DNA of 64,000 nucleotides from a bacterium (lineage in GTDB: Bacteria; Electryoneota; Electryoneia; Electryoneales; Electryoneaceae), in NCBI GenBank assembly GCA_963675295.2, contig CAXXKJ010000002.1:2560001-2624000 (forward strand), written 5' to 3'. The notes beneath the pieces were generated by a model. It did no database searches. It was not told the origin of the DNA and was given only the letters and a program-made list of their open reading frames with translations. Shown here in pieces: positions 46,058 to 55,579 of the stretch. The number at the start of each line of letters is the position of its first letter. Position 1 is the first letter of the stretch. Made by a program: the position numbers and the translations under genes.

Positions 46058-46906
46058 TCACTTCAGGTATTTAAACAACTCTGTGTTCGGCGGCAGGACG
46101 AGAGTGGTCTGCTCATCCAGCGTCTTCCGGTACATTTCCAAGGTACGGGAAAAATCGTAGAACTGCGGATCACGGTTGAACGCTTCGGCGTAAATCGCAA
46201 TGGCCTTAGCCTCCGCTTCACCGCGGATCACCTGCGACTGCCGGTACGCCTCCGCCTTGATCACCTTGACTTCCTTATCGGCGGTGGATCGCAGGATCTG
46301 CGCCTCTTCCTCACCTTCACTACGATACAGGTTGGCGATCCGTTCCCGCTCCGCCCGCATCCGTCGATAAATCGCGTCCTCGTTCTCCGGTGGCAGGTCG
46401 GTACGTTTGATGCGAACGTCGAGGATTTCGATCCCGTAATCCTGCGATTTGATGCTGGCGCTCTTCCCAACGGCGTCCATGATCTCGTCACGGTTCACGG
46501 AGACGATGTCCTCCATGTCGTGCTGACCGAGCTCACGCAACAGGTCGGAATAGATGATGTCGTCCAGACGTGCCTGCGCTCCACCCTCGGTACGGACCGT
46601 CTGCCGGAACAAGAGCGGATCGGTGATTCTCCAACGGGCGTAGGAGTCAATCACCATGTTCTTCTTGTCCTGGGTGACGACGATGTTCGGCGGGCTGTCG
46701 TAAATCAGCAGCCGCTTTTCGAACCGTTCGATGGTGCGGAATGGCGGTGGAAACTTGAAGTGCAGACCGGGATCAGAAACTGCGATCAGCGGCTTACCGA
46801 ACTGCAGCACGAGTACCTGTTCCGTTTCGTCAACGGTAAAGGTAACCAGGCTGAGTACAATCAGCACGGCGGCGACGCCAATTAAGACACGAATGATCGG
46901 TTTCAT
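46058..46906 (-). CDS. hflC: FtsH modulator HflC
   Basis: TQDKKNMVIDSYARWRI, RMRAERER, FYDFSRTLEMY. Confidence 0.95.
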   Translation of the reverse strand: MKPIIRVLIGVAAVLIVLSLVTFTVDETEQVLVLQFGKPLIAVSDPGLHFKFPPPFRTIERFEKRLLIYDSPPNIVVTQDKKNMVIDSYARWRITDPLLFRQTVRTEGGAQARLDDIIYSDLLRELGQHDMEDIVSVNRDEIMDAVGKSASIKSQDYGIEILDVRIKRTDLPPENEDAIYRRMRAERERIANLYRSEGEEEAQILRSTADKEVKVIKAEAYRQSQVIRGEAEAKAIAIYAEAFNRDPQFYDFSRTLEMYRKTLDEQTTLVLPPNTELFKYLK

Positions 46907-47925
46907 CGTCCACCTCCCGTGCCGCTGCTGGGCTGTGAGGTTCCGGTTTGTGCTGGCACACCGGGGCCGATCAGGTTAATCAAATCGCCACCGTTCGGTG
47001 TCTGCATGATGTATTTCCTCATACCAGGCAGCACGTCCTCCATCGCCTCCAACAGCATGCGCTTGCGAGTAACGGTTGGCGAACGCTTGTATGCCGTCAA
47101 GACGGCTTTGAAGTTTTCAGCGTCACCCTCGGCCTGCTTGACACGTTCCTGCGCGTACCCTTCCGCTTCCAGCACCATCTGTTCAGCGAGACCGCGCGCG
47201 CGTGGAATCAGGTTGTTTGCATACCCCTGCGCTTCGTTGATCAAACGGGCTTTGTCTTCCTTCGCCGAGGCGACTTCACGGAATGCGTCCGCCACTTCCT
47301 TCGGCGGGAGGACGTCCTTGAGCTGCAGCTGAGTGACGGTCACGCCGGTCTCGTAGCTGTCGAGGATTTCCTGCAGGCTGACCATTGCTTCGGCCTGAAT
47401 CTCACCTTTGCCGCTGGTAAGGGCCTCGTCGATGCTGTGTACGCCGACAACCTGACGGATCACCGCCTCGGTTGCTACGTGAATCGTTTCCCGCACATCC
47501 CGCACCACGAACAAATACTTGACCGGGTCGTTGATCTTGTACTGCACGATCAGGTCGATGTCGATGATGTTCAGGCTACCGGAAAGCATCAGCGATTCTT
47601 CCGGAAAGTCGACGACCTGATTGCGCCGTGGATCGGTTCGGAATCCGATCTCAATACGCTTGACCTCGGTGACTTTTGGCTTGTCCACGGTCTCAACCGG
47701 CCATGGCACGCGGTAGTTCAGGCCGGATGATTCGAGCCGCGTGAACTCGCCGAAGGTTCGAACAACGCCAGCCTCGTCTGGGCCGACGACATGGAAACCG
47801 GTCAACAGCCAGATGATGATGATCACGACCACGATTCCGATGCCGCTCTTTCCGAACAGCTTGCCGAAATCGGGCAGCTTGATCACTTCATCGCCGAACT
47901 GGTAGTACTTGTAGGGAATGTTCAT
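46903..47925 (-). CDS. hflK: FtsH modulator HflK
   Basis: PPKEVADAF..AKED, NEAQGYAN..IPRARG, AEGDA. Confidence 0.95.
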   Translation of the reverse strand: MNIPYKYYQFGDEVIKLPDFGKLFGKSGIGIVVVIIIIWLLTGFHVVGPDEAGVVRTFGEFTRLESSGLNYRVPWPVETVDKPKVTEVKRIEIGFRTDPRRNQVVDFPEESLMLSGSLNIIDIDLIVQYKINDPVKYLFVVRDVRETIHVATEAVIRQVVGVHSIDEALTSGKGEIQAEAMVSLQEILDSYETGVTVTQLQLKDVLPPKEVADAFREVASAKEDKARLINEAQGYANNLIPRARGLAEQMVLEAEGYAQERVKQAEGDAENFKAVLTAYKRSPTVTRKRMLLEAMEDVLPGMRKYIMQTPNGGDLINLIGPGVPAQTGTSQPSSGTGGGR

Positions 47926-47963
47926 TCCCCCTCCTTTCGTGTCGTGCGCGAATCAACGTCCAG

Positions 47964-48854
47964 TTAAAACATGCGCACGCCGTACTGCACGTAGTGTCTC
48001 AGGATCTCTCGCTCTGGGTCGTAAGCTGCGGAATAGATGAACTCATAGCGTCCCGCCGCGTCGCTGCGCAGCGCAATACCGCCGGTGGCATACCAGCTGT
48101 CGTCCGGCTCGTGCAGGTAACCACCGAGCAGGTGGACCCGGTTCGCGCCACCGTACTCACCCCCGATGCGGTAGCGTTTCAGCGCAGTGTCCCAGTCTTC
48201 GCCCTTGAACCAGACGACAGACGAGGACATGGTGAGCAAGCCGCCGACGCCGTACGACGCGCCGTATTCGATGCGTTCATGAACACTTTCGAGACCATTA
48301 CTGCCGATGGTCAGGCCGCGCGCGACGATGCCGAGGGTCGCGCCGGAAGAGTGCCGGGCGAGAAAGCCGAGGTCGATCGGCATGTCGAATTCCCATTTGC
48401 CGTCACCACGTTGCTCGAACGCAAAGTGAATGGTTGCCGCGCCGGGAGTGATTTCGGTAAGATTGAACGCGAACGGCAGGCCGAGGTCAAAATAGTGGCT
48501 TTCGCCGCTGGCGCCGTTGTAGTCCCAGCCCTGCGCAATCAGAGCGGCGGGGACACCATAGGCGGTTTCCTTATTGTAGAAATGCATCCACCAGCTGCGC
48601 GGGTGCCGTGTCCACTGGATCGGCTGCATCCCGCCGCTGAAGGTGAGCGTCTGCCAGACCAGCGAGGCGGGATTGTGGTAAATCGCCTCGGGTCCGAGCC
48701 AGACCGCGGCAGAAGCTCCGCCCATGCCGACATGGCGCGCGCCGACAGGATCGAGCGGGAATGTGGTGGCGAACGCGGAGTTCGCCGTCCATCCCGTGAT
48801 CAGGGAAATCAGAACAACCGTGGAAACAAACAGGAATGCCCGTGTCGTCATCAT
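47964..48854 (-). CDS. PorV/PorQ/FadL-like outer-membrane protein
   Basis: Signal peptide; PVGARHVGMGGA..AIYHNPASL N-terminal motif; C-terminal Phe. Confidence 0.7.
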   Translation of the reverse strand: MMTTRAFLFVSTVVLISLITGWTANSAFATTFPLDPVGARHVGMGGASAAVWLGPEAIYHNPASLVWQTLTFSGGMQPIQWTRHPRSWWMHFYNKETAYGVPAALIAQGWDYNGASGESHYFDLGLPFAFNLTEITPGAATIHFAFEQRGDGKWEFDMPIDLGFLARHSSGATLGIVARGLTIGSNGLESVHERIEYGASYGVGGLLTMSSSVVWFKGEDWDTALKRYRIGGEYGGANRVHLLGGYLHEPDDSWYATGGIALRSDAAGRYEFIYSAAYDPEREILRHYVQYGVRMF

Positions 48855-49082
48855 CGTTGAAAGTACAGACGGCTTGAAGTCTGGACAAACGCAACGCTCG
48901 CGCGGACGGCTGGCTCGGGGGTGAATCCGCAACCAATTAATGCCTGGTGAATCGAACCAGATAACCCAGCGAGCCTTGCGGCTTGACGAGTGTTAGCCTA
49001 CCTTAAAGATTGGCCTGAAGGTTCCGACAACGCGCACGTCCGAACGGGCTAACGGACATGCCATGTGGAGGGAAGAATCACC

Positions 49083-51401
49083 ATGCGCTTCGCACTGCTG
49101 ACCTTGACGCTGCTGTTTGCAGTATCCGGGGTACTGGCTCAGGACACGCCTCCCGAGTGCTACCATGATCTGAATGAAACGTACCAGTTTCTCGCGGATC
49201 TAGATGCCAATCAGGAGTTCACTCACAGGATTGAAGTGGACACGGTTGGTTACAGCCAGAAGGATCAATTCCCGATCCTGTTGGTGAAGATCTCCGACGA
49301 CGCAGCGACTGACTACGACCGTCCCACCACACTTTTCATCGGACACATTCACGGCGAAGAGATTCTTGGTGTTGAAATCGTCCTTGAGGCGATCGAGCAG
49401 CTTGTCACCAGTCCCCTGCCGGAATATCGTAACCGTCGTGAAGAAGCGGAGACCTACTTTGTCCCGACGATGAACCCGGAGGGGCTGCAGGTGGTCTTCG
49501 GTGTTCCGGATACCCCGGACCTGGTTCATGGCCCTGACAAGAGCTACCGGAAAAACAAGCGTGATACGGTGGGTGACGACATCTTCCGCTACTTCGTGGG
49601 GATCGGTGCAGATTCGTCCGGCGTGGACCTGAACCGGAACTGGGGCTTGAACTGGTTCCAGGGTGACACGCTTTTCCATTGGCTGGATGAATCGGAACCC
49701 TACGACTACTACCGAGGTGAGACTCCGTTCAGCGAAACGGAAACGCAGATTGTACGTGACCTGCATTACGAAGTGCAGCCGATGTACGGCATTACCTACC
49801 ACTCCTCCCGTTCAGGCACATTCTCGGAAAAGGTGTATTTCCCATGGGCGTTCGGGGACAACGGTCAGAAGACTGCACCGGATATTGAAGTCCTCACGGA
49901 TGTCGGTGAAAACCTTGCAGGACAGATCCCCAAGCTTGCCGAGCCGGGAACGTATGAATACTACCCGAGTTCAGGCCGAAATGCCAAGATGCACGACTGG
50001 ACCTATGCCGCCGGTCACTGGATCAACCTCGAGGTGGAAGCTGGTCTATACCAGCTGCAGCCGGAAGAAGACCAGATGCTGCAGATCATCGCGGACAATG
50101 TTCCGGCGATTTACTATCTGATTGATCGAGCGCGAGGTGAGGAAGATATCGACGGGTTGAGCGGGTTCCTCGAGCTGCATGTACAGGACGAAAACGGCCA
50201 GCCACTTGTCGCTGAAGTTCTGACCCCGGACTACTGGAATAGCTACCTCGAACCACGGTATACCGATCCTGTCTTCGGTGTTCACCGCCGAGCGTTGGCA
50301 GCGCAGAACTACAACCTGATTGTACGAGCGTTTGGCTATGAACCGGACACGTCCGTTGTCAACATCGGGTCTGCTGGTCCGGCGCGCTACACCAAGACGC
50401 TGGTTCGCAAGCCGCACAACTGGCTGCACCTGCGTGCGTTGAATACGGACGGCGACCCGATCCCGGCAACCTTCATCGTCCATCGTGATTTCGGTGTGGA
50501 CACCCTCTATGTCCCCAGCGGCGACTGGGGCGGCATGATGCCGAATAGTGACTACATGGTCGAAACCTGGGCGGTTGGGTACATCCCGAAGATCGAGACG
50601 TTTACCACGGATGATCCGTTCCTGATGGAAGTCACTCTGGTCGAACCGGATGATATGATCCAGGATGGCTTTGAAACCGAGCTTCCAGCCCGTTGGAGCA
50701 CGTCCGGCGATTTCGAATGGACCCGTTCCGGGTTTGACATGGCGGAAGGCGACTTCTCGCTGAAGAGTGATCCGGACTACTTCCTCACGAACAACCAGTC
50801 AGCCTGGACGATGGTCCACTACAGTGTTCCCGCCGGTGCGGAGTCGATGACCTTGACCGGCATGATGCGCTACGAGCTCGAGCCGGAATACGACTTCTGT
50901 ACGCTTGAGATGAGCACCGACGGCAACAATTGGACCGAGGTCGATGTCTACAATGGGTTCAGCCAGTGGCGTCCGTTCCTGCTGGATCTGCGGGACTACA
51001 CCGCTCAGAGCGACCTGTATTTCCGCTGGACGGTGACGACAGACATCGACGAAACCGACCGTGGCATGTTCCTCGACGAAGTCGCGCTGAAGTGGTCGTC
51101 GAATTTCGTCAGCGTGGACGAATCCGGCATCCGTCCGTTGGAATGGGCGTTCCACACGCCATATCCGAACCCGTTCAACCCGAGCACGCGTCTCCGCTTC
51201 GACCTGTCGGAAGCGGCCAACGTGCAGCTGATCGTCTACGATGTGCTGGGACGTGAAGTCGCTCGTGTGGTGGACGAAGAGCTGCAGGCGGGTCCGCATG
51301 TCCGCAATCTCGACATGGCCGGTCATGCCAGCGGTATGTACTTCGCCCGCATCGAGGCGGGTCCGTTCCGTGACATGAAGAAGATCGTGCTGATGAAGTA
51401 A
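49083..51401 (+). CDS. M14 zinc carboxypeptidase with T9SS type-A CTD
   Basis: HIHGEE, NPEG, RKN, GVDLNRN, TYHS; YPNPFNP..YDVLGR..ASGMYF..KKIVLMK. Confidence 0.93.
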   Translation: MRFALLTLTLLFAVSGVLAQDTPPECYHDLNETYQFLADLDANQEFTHRIEVDTVGYSQKDQFPILLVKISDDAATDYDRPTTLFIGHIHGEEILGVEIVLEAIEQLVTSPLPEYRNRREEAETYFVPTMNPEGLQVVFGVPDTPDLVHGPDKSYRKNKRDTVGDDIFRYFVGIGADSSGVDLNRNWGLNWFQGDTLFHWLDESEPYDYYRGETPFSETETQIVRDLHYEVQPMYGITYHSSRSGTFSEKVYFPWAFGDNGQKTAPDIEVLTDVGENLAGQIPKLAEPGTYEYYPSSGRNAKMHDWTYAAGHWINLEVEAGLYQLQPEEDQMLQIIADNVPAIYYLIDRARGEEDIDGLSGFLELHVQDENGQPLVAEVLTPDYWNSYLEPRYTDPVFGVHRRALAAQNYNLIVRAFGYEPDTSVVNIGSAGPARYTKTLVRKPHNWLHLRALNTDGDPIPATFIVHRDFGVDTLYVPSGDWGGMMPNSDYMVETWAVGYIPKIETFTTDDPFLMEVTLVEPDDMIQDGFETELPARWSTSGDFEWTRSGFDMAEGDFSLKSDPDYFLTNNQSAWTMVHYSVPAGAESMTLTGMMRYELEPEYDFCTLEMSTDGNNWTEVDVYNGFSQWRPFLLDLRDYTAQSDLYFRWTVTTDIDETDRGMFLDEVALKWSSNFVSVDESGIRPLEWAFHTPYPNPFNPSTRLRFDLSEAANVQLIVYDVLGREVARVVDEELQAGPHVRNLDMAGHASGMYFARIEAGPFRDMKKIVLMK

Positions 51402-51426
51402 CGTTTCGGCATAAGCAGAGTGATTG

Positions 51427-51461
51427 AGGCCACGTGGATGAACTTCCGCGTGGCCTTTTTT
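51427..51461 (+). terminator. intrinsic terminator
   Basis: aggccacgtgga...tccgcgtggcct followed by T-run. Confidence 0.8.
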
Positions 51462-51551
51462 CGCGCCGGGACTTGTGTTTTGCCGGGTGGGTGCCGTTCA
51501 TTTCAGCGTGACGTTTCCAGGGGGTGCTGCGTTTTTGCGTCAGGGAGATCT

Positions 51552-52823
51552 ATGGACGGCACATCACGCTCCAGCCAGGTGTTGAAAAGCCTCGGTCCGG
51601 GATTGATCTGGGCGGCTGCGGCGATTGGCGTTTCGCACCTCGTGCAGTCAACACGGGCCGGCGCGGAGTTCGGCTTCGGCATCGTCTGGGCGGTGCTGGT
51701 CGCCAACCTGTTCAAGTATCCGTTCTTCGAATACGGGCCGCGCTACGCCGCAGCCACGGGCGAAAGCCTGCTCGAGGGCTACCGCCGGCTGGGCAAATGG
51801 CCGATCGCGATCTACATCATCCTCAGTCTCGGGACAACGTTCACGATTCTCGCCGCTGTCACCATTGTCACCGGGAGCCTCGCGACGCAGCTGTTCACCG
51901 ATTCGTTATCGGCGGTGAATTATTCGATCATCATCCTGTTTATCTGTGTGATTGTGCTGCTGATCGGGCGTTACCCGCTGCTCGACTCGTTGATCAAGGT
52001 GATTGTCGCCATCCTGGCGTTAACGTCATTGCTGGCAGTGCTGGTCGCGTTGAACAACCCGGCGGAACGCGCGCCGGATTTCGTCCCGCCGGACCTGTGG
52101 ACGATGGCGGGGATCAGCTTCCTCGTGGCGTTGATTGGGTGGATGCCGTCCGCGATTGACATCTCTGTGTGGCATTCGCTTTGGACGCTGGAACGGGTCA
52201 AGCAGACGCACCACCGTCCGAGTGTTCGTGACGCGCTGCTCGATTTCAACATCGGCTACATCGGTACCGCGGTCATCGCGATGTTCTTCCTCGGATTGGG
52301 TGCCCTAGTGATGTACGGCACCGGCGAGACCTTTTCCGCCAGCGGAACCGTATTCGCCAACCAGCTGATATCGCTGTACACCCGGTCGCTCGGCGGTTGG
52401 ACATCGCCGATCATCAAGATCGCGGCGTTCACCACCATGTTCAGCACCACGATCACCTGCGTCGATGCGTTTTCGCGTGTATTGCGTCGACTTACCGGGA
52501 TTGTCGCGCCACGAACCGTTCCCGCACGCTTCGACATGCCGCTGTACCTGGTCTGGATGGTCGTCGTCGTAGCGGGTGCGATCCTGCTGCTGACCACGTT
52601 CCAGGCGGGTATGACCGGGATGGTCGATCTGGCGACGACGCTGTCCTTCCTCACCGCGCCCGTGCTGGGCTACCTTAACCTGAAGGTGGTCACCGCGCCG
52701 CACATGCCGGCGAAGGCTCGTCCGAAACCGTGGTTGCATGTCCTGAGTTGGATCGGAATCATCTTCGGCACAGTGCTGGGAGTCGTCTTCCTCTACTGGC
52801 GCTTCTTTCACGTGGGCGGATGA
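51552..52823 (+). CDS. Nramp-family (APC-fold) transporter
   Basis: LGPGLIWAAAAIGVSHLVQSTRAGA, KYPFFE, LIGWMP; about 11 TM; GGAG before ATG 51552. Confidence 0.8.
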   Translation: MDGTSRSSQVLKSLGPGLIWAAAAIGVSHLVQSTRAGAEFGFGIVWAVLVANLFKYPFFEYGPRYAAATGESLLEGYRRLGKWPIAIYIILSLGTTFTILAAVTIVTGSLATQLFTDSLSAVNYSIIILFICVIVLLIGRYPLLDSLIKVIVAILALTSLLAVLVALNNPAERAPDFVPPDLWTMAGISFLVALIGWMPSAIDISVWHSLWTLERVKQTHHRPSVRDALLDFNIGYIGTAVIAMFFLGLGALVMYGTGETFSASGTVFANQLISLYTRSLGGWTSPIIKIAAFTTMFSTTITCVDAFSRVLRRLTGIVAPRTVPARFDMPLYLVWMVVVVAGAILLLTTFQAGMTGMVDLATTLSFLTAPVLGYLNLKVVTAPHMPAKARPKPWLHVLSWIGIIFGTVLGVVFLYWRFFHVGG

Positions 52824-54817
52824 TGGTGTCCTCGAAACGCAAACGTACCGACCCGGTTCAGACGGAACCGACGACTGTCAACCGGAAACCGTTCTTCCAC
52901 GACTGGAAGACGTCGCTGCTGGTGTTCGCCGGGGCGTTTGCACTGCGTGTGGTATACCTGATCAGCCTGGGGGATGATCCGTGGGTCCACAATCCGATTG
53001 TCGACGAAATCGCTTACCGCAACATGGCGCTGGCGTTCCTGAACGGTGCGCCAGACCTGTACCCCTTCTTCCGTCCGCCTCTGTGGCCGATACTGATGGC
53101 GGGGTACTACCTCATCTTCGGTCAGGACGCCGGGTTCTTCGGCATCCGTATCCTCAGCGCGATCCTCAGCTCGCTGGCGATTGTGTCTGGTTTTCGCGTC
53201 GCGGATCGTCTGTTCGGACGCCGGAACGCATGGATCTCCGCAGCGATCACCGCCTCTGCCGGAGTTCTGCTGCACCTGCACACCACCGGCCTCGCCACAT
53301 CATTGTTCACACTGCTGACCGTCGAAGCGGTGCGGTTGACGTTGCACGCCCGCGATCATCGTGACAATCCGCAGTTCGCCTTCCCCGCCGGTGTGATCTG
53401 GGGACTGGCGGCGTTGACACGTCCCAATGCGTTGGCTGGAGCGGTGATTTCGATATTGTGGCTGATGTGGCCCTACTTCCGGGTGTGGTCCCGTCAGAAG
53501 CACCAAGCTTTCGCATCCGGCGGCTGGTTGCTGCTTGGTGTCATCCTGATCGTATCGCCGATTACGATGCTGAACTGGGTCCACGGGGACGATCCGGTTC
53601 TGATCTCTACCAACGGCGGAATCAACTTCTATCTCGGCAACAACACCTCAGCGGATGGATTGAGTCCGCTCCACCCCGTTCTGGGGCCGGATTGGGCACC
53701 GGCGGAAGTGGAGGCGTGGTCGGCGGAACAAGCCGGGCGGGCGTTGACGCCAAACCAGTCCTCCAACTGGTACTACGCGGAGGGGTTGCGGTTCTGGGGA
53801 CAGCATCCGGGCGAAGCGACGATGTTGACACTGAAGAAACTGCTCGTCACGCTCGGTGGCACCGAAACCAGCAACAACGGTGACTGGCGGTTCTTCGCCG
53901 ACCGGCGGATAATGCTGAAACTGCTGCTGCTGGTTGGGTTCTGGTGGATCGCGCCGCTGGGGTTCGCCGGATTGCTGGCGGCACGGCGTGATCCGCAAAC
54001 GGTCTACATCGCGGTGATTATCGCGGTCAACCTGCTGGTCGTCGCGGCGTTTTTTGTCGCCTCACGGTTCCGAGCGCCGCTGATTCCGTTGATCGCGCCG
54101 TTCACCGTGTACGCCTTCCAAATGATGCTCGACCGGCAGCACAGGCGGCGCGCGAGACGGGTACTGATCGCCGTGATCGTGCTGATTGTCGGGTTAAACG
54201 CGGCGGCGTGGCCCTTCGCCCAGCCGGATAATCATGCGTACGGCCATTTGGTGTACGGCATGCTGTACGTCAAGGAACACGATTCAAATCAGGCCGCGGA
54301 GCACTTCCGGCAGGCGTTGGATTTCAATCCAAACACTCCACTGGCGAACCTGTACCTTGGCGATCTCGCCCGCGACAATGAACAGTTTGAGGCGGCGATC
54401 ACCCGTTACCGTGCGGAGAACCAGCTCAAGCCGAAGTACCGTGCGTATCGCGGACTGGGGATCTGCTTCCGGCAGCTGGGGATGCATGACAGCGCACGGG
54501 TTGCGTTTGCCACGGCGTACCAGATGAATCCGGCGGATGATGCACTGCGACAAGCCTACGCGGAGGAAGTTGGCGAACAGGCGCTAACGGCGATGGAGGC
54601 TGGTGATACGGAGTTGGCGATTGCCGGATTTGCCCGTGCGAGCGAGATCGCACCGGAGAATCCGTTCTTCGGTTTCGGCCTGGCGGGCTCGTTGTGGTCG
54701 GCTGGCGAAACGGATCGCGCGAACGCAATCGCCGATTCGCTGTACCAACGTTATCCTGATTTCGTCCCGGCGAAACAGTGGGTTGAAGAGGGGTGGCGAC
54801 CGGAACCGAATCAGTAG
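52820..54817 (+). CDS. GT-C fold (PMT/ArnT-like) glycosyltransferase with C-terminal TPRs
   Basis: DE motif in first loop (PIVDEIAY), FRPPLWP, TRPN, STNGGINFYLGNN, RFRAP; multiple TMs; TPR tail. Confidence 0.85.
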   Translation: MMVSSKRKRTDPVQTEPTTVNRKPFFHDWKTSLLVFAGAFALRVVYLISLGDDPWVHNPIVDEIAYRNMALAFLNGAPDLYPFFRPPLWPILMAGYYLIFGQDAGFFGIRILSAILSSLAIVSGFRVADRLFGRRNAWISAAITASAGVLLHLHTTGLATSLFTLLTVEAVRLTLHARDHRDNPQFAFPAGVIWGLAALTRPNALAGAVISILWLMWPYFRVWSRQKHQAFASGGWLLLGVILIVSPITMLNWVHGDDPVLISTNGGINFYLGNNTSADGLSPLHPVLGPDWAPAEVEAWSAEQAGRALTPNQSSNWYYAEGLRFWGQHPGEATMLTLKKLLVTLGGTETSNNGDWRFFADRRIMLKLLLLVGFWWIAPLGFAGLLAARRDPQTVYIAVIIAVNLLVVAAFFVASRFRAPLIPLIAPFTVYAFQMMLDRQHRRRARRVLIAVIVLIVGLNAAAWPFAQPDNHAYGHLVYGMLYVKEHDSNQAAEHFRQALDFNPNTPLANLYLGDLARDNEQFEAAITRYRAENQLKPKYRAYRGLGICFRQLGMHDSARVAFATAYQMNPADDALRQAYAEEVGEQALTAMEAGDTELAIAGFARASEIAPENPFFGFGLAGSLWSAGETDRANAIADSLYQRYPDFVPAKQWVEEGWRPEPNQ

Positions 54818-54875
54818 ACGTTCAGCACCTGTAGTAAGACTTCAGACCCTTCTGAAGAATTTGAGTGCATCCGGC

Positions 54876-54901
54876 TTACCACGGACTTAAGTCCGTGGTA
54901 A
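54876..54901. repeat. perfect 26-bp palindrome (REP-like), copy 1
   Basis: TTACCACGGACTT-AAGTCCGTGGTAA. Confidence 0.9.
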
Positions 54902-54918
54902 TGTGCTGCGTGCGTGAG

Positions 54919-55305
54919 TCAGCTTTTGACCGGTTGTGGCGGCGGATCGACCGCCTGAACCGGTTTCGCCCGGCCGTCATCATCCAACGCGACAAATGTG
55001 CATGTGGTCCGTACCACCAGTTCCTCCCGCACCAGGCCGAGGATGTCGAAGGTGATGCTGGTCCGTCCCACCTTCGGCGCGCACGCCTCGAAGCGTACGA
55101 TCTCCCCCACCTTGACCGGTTTCTTGAATACGATCTCGGTGAATTTGACGGTGACGACATGCATTTCGCCGGTCCACGTCCGTGCGAATATCGCCCCGGC
55201 TTCGTCCAGCCAGCCCATCATGATGCCGCCGAACAGGTTGCCATGCGTGCCGACATCTTTCGTCATGCACATCTTCGCGGTGATCGGGTATCGTTGCTCG
55301 TTCAT
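54919..55305 (-). CDS. hotdog-fold acyl-CoA thioesterase (YciA-like)
   Basis: DVGTHGNLFGG..WLDEAG, FKKPVKVG, VGRTSI, FVALD..G. Confidence 0.92.
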   Translation of the reverse strand: MNEQRYPITAKMCMTKDVGTHGNLFGGIMMGWLDEAGAIFARTWTGEMHVVTVKFTEIVFKKPVKVGEIVRFEACAPKVGRTSITFDILGLVREELVVRTTCTFVALDDDGRAKPVQAVDPPPQPVKS

Positions 55306-55350
55306 TGATGACTCGTTTGCGTAGTTAACCTATGAGTACTCTCCACTAGC

Positions 55351-55376
55351 TTACCACGGACTTAAGTCCGTGGTAA
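55351..55376. repeat. perfect 26-bp palindrome (REP-like), copy 2
   Basis: Identical to 54876-54901. Confidence 0.9.
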
Positions 55377-55579
55377 TTGGGTGGGCCAGGGTTCAAAATA
55401 AGTGCGCGATGCCCGCGCAAGCTGTGCTGGCGCGGATAACCGAACGGTAATACCATCCCCCGATTGACTCCGGTTCGAGTCGGTTGTTGCCGCGCCTCCA
55501 CGAGAAATCAGCACCGGCGTCCCGGCGCGTTACTTTTCCGCCATCAAACAACACAGAAACGTAGCGATGGAGTCTGACC

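Noticed and set aside
48890-49060. Riboswitch in the divergent PorV-like/M14 intergenic region
   Set aside because: Weak GGCTCG..CGAGCC pairing and a GGGGTGAATC word only; the other ydaO consensus elements were not found
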